Positions 31,456 to 36,414 of a stretch of DNA of 36,414 bases are shown piece after piece. A program made the position numbers and the translations under genes. Source of the DNA: an uncultured bacterium (lineage in GTDB: Bacteria; Patescibacteriota; Gracilibacteria; UM-FILTER-43-11); NCBI GenBank assembly GCA_965369305.1, contig CBDUQG010000001.1:1-36414 (forward strand), read 5' to 3'. The notes below the pieces were generated by a model. That model saw nothing but the letters and a program-made list of their open reading frames with translations. It was not told the DNA's origin and searched no databases. Each line of letters starts with the position of its first letter. Positions within the stretch are counted from its first letter, which is position 1.

Positions 31456-31462
31456 GTATAAT
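31434..31462 (+). promoter_or_regulatory. candidate promoter for the AI-2E transporter gene (TTTACT-17-TATAAT)
   Basis: TTTACT lies at 31434-31439, followed by a 17-nt spacer and TATAAT at 31457-31462. This is 22 nt upstream of ATG 31485. Confidence 0.5.
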
Positions 31463-31484
31463 TTTGGCAAATAAACACATTCCT

Positions 31485-32639
31485 ATGCCAAAAACAGACA
31501 ATGGTCTAGCCAATGGTTTCCAGCGCTACTTTCTCATTGCCGCTCTGGTCGCTCTTTTAGCTTTACTGGTGACCTTCATTAGCCCCTTTGCGGTGGCACT
31601 GCTTTTTGCCGGTATTATCGTCACGGCTGTTTTTCCAATACACAAAAAGATTCTGAATTGGATTCCTTTTTCCAGGTCCCTCGCAGCACTGATCTCCATG
31701 ATTCTTATTGTGATTGTGATCTTGGTACCCTTCACGCTTTTTGGCTTCTTTGTAGCCGAACAAGCCAGTGATGCCTACGTCATCGTCAGCGATCGTATCA
31801 ACGAAATCGTAGAAAGTAATGACGTGAGTTCTGCGTCCAAAATCCTTGAACTGATTCCATTCAACGAAAGCTTTGAACGAGCCCTCCAGTACTTGCCTAT
31901 TTCTCCGGCAGATATTCTTCAGACGGCAGGTGATTCAGTCGGAGCAGTGAGTACCTTCCTACTTTCTAAAACGACCAACATCCTCAAGCATCTCTCGCTC
32001 TTTTTGGTTCACCTCCTTGTATTCCTGATCACCCTCTTTTACTTCCTCCGGGAAGGAGATAGGCTCGTGACCTACATTAGATCCCTCTTGCCCATATCGA
32101 CTGAATACAGGCAGGAGCTCTTCACCAAACTATCCCATTTAAGCTACGGAATTATCTACGGAATTTTCGGAGCAGCTATCTTACAAGGGTTCTTGGTGGG
32201 TGTCGGCTTCTCAGTGGCCGGGATCAACAACGCAGCCTTCTGGGGGGCCATTGCCGCCCTCTTTTCTCCCGTGCCTTATATTGGCACCATGGTGGTCTGG
32301 CTTCCGGCGGTGGCCGCGCTGGCTATTGGAGGACAATACATCACAGCTATTTTACTGCTGGCCTGGTCAGCCTTCATCGTAGGAACGGCTGACAATGTCA
32401 TCAAGCCATACATCATTGGCTCCTCGGCCCAACTTCATCCTTTGGCCACCTTGCTAGTGCTTCTTGGGGGCACGCTGGTTTTCGGACTAAAGGGGCTTCT
32501 CTTTGGCCCACTCGTTCTTAGTATGGCGCTCGCCTTCCTTCATATTTACAAGCTTGAGTACAAGACGGTGCTGGAAAAAGATGGGAAAAACCTGGCTGCC
32601 AAAAAAGCGCCAGTCAAAAAGCGCAAAATCCGCAAGTAA
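31485..32639 (+). CDS. AI-2E family transporter (PerM/UPF0118)
   Basis: The protein is polytopic, with about 8 TM segments. The family-typical C-terminal core is GAIAALFSPVPYIGTMVVWLPA...GTADNVIKPYIIGSSAQLHPLATLL. I moved the start to ATG 31485, because the track's TTG at 31410 lies upstream of the predicted promoter. Confidence 0.85.
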   Translation: MPKTDNGLANGFQRYFLIAALVALLALLVTFISPFAVALLFAGIIVTAVFPIHKKILNWIPFSRSLAALISMILIVIVILVPFTLFGFFVAEQASDAYVIVSDRINEIVESNDVSSASKILELIPFNESFERALQYLPISPADILQTAGDSVGAVSTFLLSKTTNILKHLSLFLVHLLVFLITLFYFLREGDRLVTYIRSLLPISTEYRQELFTKLSHLSYGIIYGIFGAAILQGFLVGVGFSVAGINNAAFWGAIAALFSPVPYIGTMVVWLPAVAALAIGGQYITAILLLAWSAFIVGTADNVIKPYIIGSSAQLHPLATLLVLLGGTLVFGLKGLLFGPLVLSMALAFLHIYKLEYKTVLEKDGKNLAAKKAPVKKRKIRK

Positions 32640-32643
32640 GCTC

Positions 32644-32672
32644 TTGGCTAAGCCAGTAGATTGTGGTAAAAT
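32644..32672 (+). promoter_or_regulatory. candidate promoter for ftsK (TTGGCT-17-TAAAAT with TGn extension)
   Basis: TTGGCT lies at 32644-32649, followed by a 17-nt spacer ending in TGG and TAAAAT at 32667-32672. This is 25 nt upstream of the ATG at 32698. Confidence 0.45.
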
Positions 32673-32697
32673 CAAATCCGTTCTTAAATAAAAACCG

Positions 32698-34878
32698 ATG
32701 CCCAGAAAACGTAAGTTAGGCGCAGCCAGAAAAGCCAGACGCCTCCCTAAGAAAGATTTCAAAATTCAGTTGGATTCTCACATCGCCCGCGAAGTCGGTG
32801 CAGTGATTTATTTTGGCCTGTCCGCCGTCTTCTATCTGGTGCTCAGTGGTAAGGCAGGAATTCTCGGTGAGTACCTAGACACCTATCTCAGGCTCATCTT
32901 CGGAGTGGGGGCCATGCTCCTTCCGGTCATTTTTCTGGGCCTTGGGATCACTCTCTTCTTTGCCAGACGCGTCACGCTCGATGCCGCCAAATACCTGGGG
33001 CTTTCGCTCATGGTAGCCACTGGCTTAGGTATGGTTCACATGCGCACTGACATCACTGCCATGCTCGACGGAATCGAAGGCTACGGCGGTTATGTAGGCT
33101 TTTTGACCTCTGTCCTGCTTCGTATCTTCATTTCAGACGTTGGGGCTCGCGTGATCATGGGGTCGATCTTTGTGATCGGAGCACTGATCACCTTTGAAAT
33201 CTCACTGCGTGACATTGTTCGTGCCTTGATCCCGGACCGTCAGCTTAAGATCGAAACGAATAAGAAGTCGCGTAAGCTCAAGCCGATGCTGGACAAGGGT
33301 AAGCAAGAACTCAACATTGTAAAACCGCTGCTGGCTAAAAAGGATGAGGAAGCTGAGGCACCAAAGAGAAAGGTGGAAGACAAGATATTCAAAGAAATTG
33401 AGATCAACAAGCCCGGCAAGATCGAGAAAAAACCCAAGGTGGAAAAGAAGAAGCAGGAAGAAGTTGATTATTCCGGTTGGCAGCTGCCACCCCTCGACTT
33501 ACTTTCTTCAGCCAGTTCCGAAGTTTACGTGAGTGACAAGGTACTCAAGGAAAACGCCGAGAAGATCCGCAGCAAGCTGGCTCAGTTTGGGATCGATGTG
33601 ACCATGCAGGATGTGAACATTGGCCCAACCGTGCTTCAGTACACGCTCAAACCAAGTGAGGGGATCAAGCTCAACAAGATCACTGCCCTCAAAAATGATT
33701 TGGCACTGGCACTGGCTGCCAAGGCCCTTCGTATGGAGGCGCCAATTCCAGGAAAGTCATTAGTGGGGATCGAAGTACCGAATGACAAGCGCATGGTGGT
33801 TCACCTGCGAGAAATGCTCGAAAGCGAAGAGTTTGGCAGTTTTGACTCAAAGCTACGTCTGGTCATTGGTCGTGATGTATCCGGTATGCCAGTTATCGAC
33901 GACCTGGAAACCATGCCTCACCTGCTCATTGCCGGTGCCACTGGTTCCGGTAAATCGGTGGGAATGAACACCTTCCTCATGTCTCTTCTCTATCAGAATT
34001 CTCCTCAAGATCTCAAATTCATCATGGTGGATCCAAAGCGTGTGGAGCTGACACCTTACAACGGCATTCCGCACTTGCTCACACCGGTGATCACTGATCC
34101 TGAAAAGGCGCATAGCTCCCTCAAATGGGCCGTGGCCGAAATGAACCGCCGCTATCAGGATTTTGCCGAAAAAGGTTACAAGAACATCAAGGAATACAAT
34201 GCGGCTGAAGAAAAGCCAATACACCGAATTGTAATTGTCATCGACGAGCTGGCCGACCTCATGATGCAGGCGAACAAGAAAGAAACCGAAGCGCTCATCT
34301 GTCGCATCGCTCAGATGGCCCGCGCCGTGGGAATGCACCTGATCATCGCGACTCAGCGTCCAAGTGTGGACGTGATCACGGGGGTGATCAAAGCCAACAT
34401 CCCAACCCGCATCGCCTTCACGGTGACCAGTGGAGTGGATTCTCGTACCATCATTGATTCTGTGGGTGCGGAAGATCTTCTTGGTATGGGGGACATGCTC
34501 TACCTGCCCGGTAACATGAGTCGTCCGATTCGCGTGCAGGGGGTTTATGTATCGACAAAGGAAATCGAAAAGGTGACCAAGCGTATCAAGCTAACCGTTG
34601 AGCCAAACTACGATGAATCCATTGTTCAGACTAGTACGACAGGGGCAGATACAGGAATCGTAGGATCAGGTGGGGATGGTATGGATCAGGACAACCTTTA
34701 TAACGATGCTGTAGAGCTCATCAAGAATACAGGGAAGGCATCTGCCTCTCTCTTCCAGCGAAGGCTCAGCGTTGGTTATGCCCGTGCAGCCCGCATCCTG
34801 GATATTCTCGAAGAACATGGGCTCATTGGTCCGGCTAATGGCGCCAAGCCACGTGAAATCTATATCAACAAGGAATAG
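32698..34878 (+). CDS. ftsK: DNA translocase FtsK/SpoIIIE
   Basis: 726-aa ORF with N-terminal TM helices, a K/E-rich linker and a motor domain carrying Walker A GATGSGKSV and Walker B IVIVIDELADL. The C-terminal gamma winged-helix is SASLFQRRLSVGYARAARILDILEEHGLIG. Confidence 0.95.
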   Translation: MPRKRKLGAARKARRLPKKDFKIQLDSHIAREVGAVIYFGLSAVFYLVLSGKAGILGEYLDTYLRLIFGVGAMLLPVIFLGLGITLFFARRVTLDAAKYLGLSLMVATGLGMVHMRTDITAMLDGIEGYGGYVGFLTSVLLRIFISDVGARVIMGSIFVIGALITFEISLRDIVRALIPDRQLKIETNKKSRKLKPMLDKGKQELNIVKPLLAKKDEEAEAPKRKVEDKIFKEIEINKPGKIEKKPKVEKKKQEEVDYSGWQLPPLDLLSSASSEVYVSDKVLKENAEKIRSKLAQFGIDVTMQDVNIGPTVLQYTLKPSEGIKLNKITALKNDLALALAAKALRMEAPIPGKSLVGIEVPNDKRMVVHLREMLESEEFGSFDSKLRLVIGRDVSGMPVIDDLETMPHLLIAGATGSGKSVGMNTFLMSLLYQNSPQDLKFIMVDPKRVELTPYNGIPHLLTPVITDPEKAHSSLKWAVAEMNRRYQDFAEKGYKNIKEYNAAEEKPIHRIVIVIDELADLMMQANKKETEALICRIAQMARAVGMHLIIATQRPSVDVITGVIKANIPTRIAFTVTSGVDSRTIIDSVGAEDLLGMGDMLYLPGNMSRPIRVQGVYVSTKEIEKVTKRIKLTVEPNYDESIVQTSTTGADTGIVGSGGDGMDQDNLYNDAVELIKNTGKASASLFQRRLSVGYARAARILDILEEHGLIGPANGAKPREIYINKE

Positions 34879-35585
34879 TGCACCGCTTTTATCTCCCATC
34901 ATTGGATTTTAGTGGTGAGCTTCTTGAAATAAGCGACAATCGCGTAGTTCATCAGGCTGGCAAGGTGCTTCGCATGAGAACGAGCGACTTCTTTCATGTT
35001 TTTGACGGAAAGCGAGAATGGATGATGCAGGTGGAAGAAATTAATAAAAGAAAGATAAAGGCTAAGCGTGTTCAGGCAGTAGAAAATCACAGTGAACCGG
35101 AATTGCGAGTGAGCCTGTATCAGGCCATCCCAAAAAAGCCGGCCCTCTTTGAGCTGGTCATTCAAAAGGCCACCGAGATCGGTGTACATGAGATATTTCC
35201 ACTCATTACCGAGCGGACCGAAAAACGGCGCATGAGCAAATTCGAGCGACTTCACCTAATTGCCATGGAGGCGGCCGAGCAATGTGGCCGCATGCATATT
35301 CCCATCATTCGCCACCCGGTGAATTACGATGAGGTGGTGGGAAGTCTGAATAATGCCTTCATTGGTTACGAGTACGAAGGTACCCGCTTTATTTCGGATT
35401 ATGCAGATGAGCTCAAAAAGGCCAAAGAAGCTCAGATTATTATTGGTCCGGAGGGTGGGCTTAGCGAATCAGAAATGTCACTGGCAAAAGAAGCGAAGGT
35501 CAAACCCTTCACCTTTGGACCACGCATTCTGCGGACTGAGACAGCGGCTATTGCTGCGTTGAGTCAGTTCCTTCTTCAGCGCTAG
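34878..35585 (+). CDS. rsmE: 16S rRNA (uracil1498-N3)-methyltransferase RsmE
   Basis: 235-aa ORF with N-terminal (GTG start) MHRFYL, HQAGKVLRMR, the SPOUT C-terminal IIGPEGGLSESE and LGPRILRTETAAIAAL. The GTG start shares one base with the ftsK stop (TAGTG). Confidence 0.88.
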   Translation: MHRFYLPSLDFSGELLEISDNRVVHQAGKVLRMRTSDFFHVFDGKREWMMQVEEINKRKIKAKRVQAVENHSEPELRVSLYQAIPKKPALFELVIQKATEIGVHEIFPLITERTEKRRMSKFERLHLIAMEAAEQCGRMHIPIIRHPVNYDEVVGSLNNAFIGYEYEGTRFISDYADELKKAKEAQIIIGPEGGLSESEMSLAKEAKVKPFTFGPRILRTETAAIAALSQFLLQR

Positions 35586-35931
35586 CTTCCTCAGTTTCGG
35601 TATTTTCTTCAGAGGATTCTTCAGCTGGTTGCTCTTCTGTTTCCTCCTCGCTAGCGAGTAGCCCTTTCACCTTATCTAGCACCTCATTAACCGTTTTGAC
35701 CGCCTTATTGGCAGTATCGACCGTTTCTTCAACCTTCTCCTTGGTTTCCACAACGGTTTCCTTCACATCATCCACTTCATCTTTGACTCGCTCATATTCT
35801 TCAACCACATTGGTTTTCTTTTCGGTAAAAGTATCGTGAATGCTGGCAAAAAACTCCTGCCCCATAGGGAAGAGGTTGATCACAAAATAGCTGATAGCGA
35901 GCAGGATGATGGTTGCGACAATATTGGCCAT
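35548..35931 (-). CDS. hypothetical membrane-anchored protein with helical K/E-rich region and acidic tail (YtxH-like appearance)
   Basis: 127-aa ORF with an N-terminal TM segment IVATIILLAISYFVINLF. VKDEVDDVKETVVETKEKVEETVDTANKAVKTV follows, and the C-terminus is E/S/T-rich. The 3' end overlaps the rsmE 3' end by 38 nt. Confidence 0.5.
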   Translation of the reverse strand: MANIVATIILLAISYFVINLFPMGQEFFASIHDTFTEKKTNVVEEYERVKDEVDDVKETVVETKEKVEETVDTANKAVKTVNEVLDKVKGLLASEEETEEQPAEESSEENTETEEASAEEGTDSTQQ

Positions 35932-35955
35932 GGCTCCATTTTAGCACAATGCAAA

Positions 35956-36318
35956 TTAGCTTTCAGCTGTATTTCTTTGGCTAAGAACTTTGCTTGCAGC
36001 TGCTCTTACGTTCTGGACTTTACCCAGGGTGATTATTTTAAGAAGACGTGCATCAATGTCAGCACCGGGAAAAGTAGCCAAGGATTCAACAGCTTGCTCA
36101 CTCACTTGAGGGTCCTCATCATCAGTCAGGGAAAGTAGTATGCTCTTACCTTCTTCATTGTTGCTGAAGCGCAGCCCCTCAGCCGCACGCAGGCGATCTT
36201 TTGCATCGCTGCTGACAGCCATTGTTTTAAGCTGATCCGTTTCAACCAGCCAGGCATTAGCGAGTTCAGGTTGCCCCTCCTCATCTCTGAGAGCGGGAAA
36301 TTCATTGATCTTCGTCAT
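35956..36318 (-). CDS. hypothetical protein with HEAT-like repeats
   Basis: The patterns DAKDRLRAAEGL, DEDPQVSEQAVESLATF and VQNVRAAASKVL resemble PBS-lyase/HEAT repeats. I place the start at ATG 36318 (MTKINEF). The track's longer ORF, running to 36381, uses a non-ATG start. Confidence 0.5.
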   Translation of the reverse strand: MTKINEFPALRDEEGQPELANAWLVETDQLKTMAVSSDAKDRLRAAEGLRFSNNEEGKSILLSLTDDEDPQVSEQAVESLATFPGADIDARLLKIITLGKVQNVRAAASKVLSQRNTAES

Positions 36319-36414
36319 ATTCGAGTTATTTAAGTTTTCAAAACCCCGAAGGGCTCTTATAATAAAGAGTGAGAGAGGCAAAGTCTAAAAAATAAAATTG
36401 ACAGTTTGTAAAAC

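Noticed and set aside
31410-31484. TTG-initiated 25-codon N-terminal extension of the AI-2E transporter, as given in the ORF track.
   Set aside because: The predicted promoter (-10 at 31457-31462) lies downstream of this TTG. The extension overlaps the divergent promoter region and the small minus-strand unit. ATG 31485 gives a normal N-terminus.
1-36414. Window-wide look for CRISPR arrays, IS elements or transposases, integrases, toxin-antitoxin pairs, restriction or other recognisable defence genes, and rRNA.
   Set aside because: No regularly spaced direct repeats were seen. No DDE/serine/tyrosine recombinase-like ORFs and no terminal inverted repeats flank any gene. All large ORFs are accounted for by housekeeping, pilus or carbohydrate functions, or are orphan proteins without defence-type motifs.

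Overview
The window is a gene-dense bacterial chromosomal segment of 36.4 kb. It uses the standard genetic code, since TGA terminates ORFs at 8835-8837 and 9665-9667. Hand-sampled GC is roughly 37-50% in coding lines. Genes are tightly packed with many start/stop overlaps, few have a clear Shine-Dalgarno, and several near-consensus sigma70-type promoters are visible. This style fits a small-genome uncultivated bacterium, possibly CPR/Patescibacteria-like, but that cannot be established without database searches.

Gene content in order:
- gltX 5' fragment.
- A lipoprotein cyclophilin.
- A divergently organised type IV pilus (T4P) locus. It holds a major pilin, a PilX-like protein, a 615-aa prepilin carrying NHL-type propeller repeats, two more pseudopilins, PilB and PilC.
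- A SAM methyltransferase and a TagA/WecG glycosyltransferase.
- Two tandem PH-like membrane protein paralogs.
- A 614-aa orphan protein with an internal 97-aa tandem repeat.
- A glycogen-type cluster on the minus strand (glycosyltransferase, GH57, GH15).
- A GGDEF cyclase with an I-site.
- A ROK kinase and an EEP-family hydrolase.
- A secreted Fn3-like protein.
- rpmA.
- An orphan protein.
- A minus-strand run of lepA, leader, ribE, ribH and a STAS protein.
- A P-type ATPase preceded by an unannotated 38-aa transmembrane micro-ORF.
- An atypical tRNA-like gene with its own promoter and terminator.
- mtaB.
- A 430-nt GC-rich (about 60%) island without a confident gene.
- A promoter-to-terminator delimited transcription unit of about 135 nt.
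- An AI-2E family transporter, ftsK and rsmE.
- Two small minus-strand genes.

No CRISPR array, transposase, integrase or rRNA was seen.

The observations most worth follow-up are:
- the NHL-propeller prepilin;
- the atypical tRNA-like gene and its structured trailer;
- the micro-ORF upstream of the ATPase;
- the GC-rich island and the adjacent small transcription unit;
- the rib leader, which only partly resembles an FMN riboswitch.
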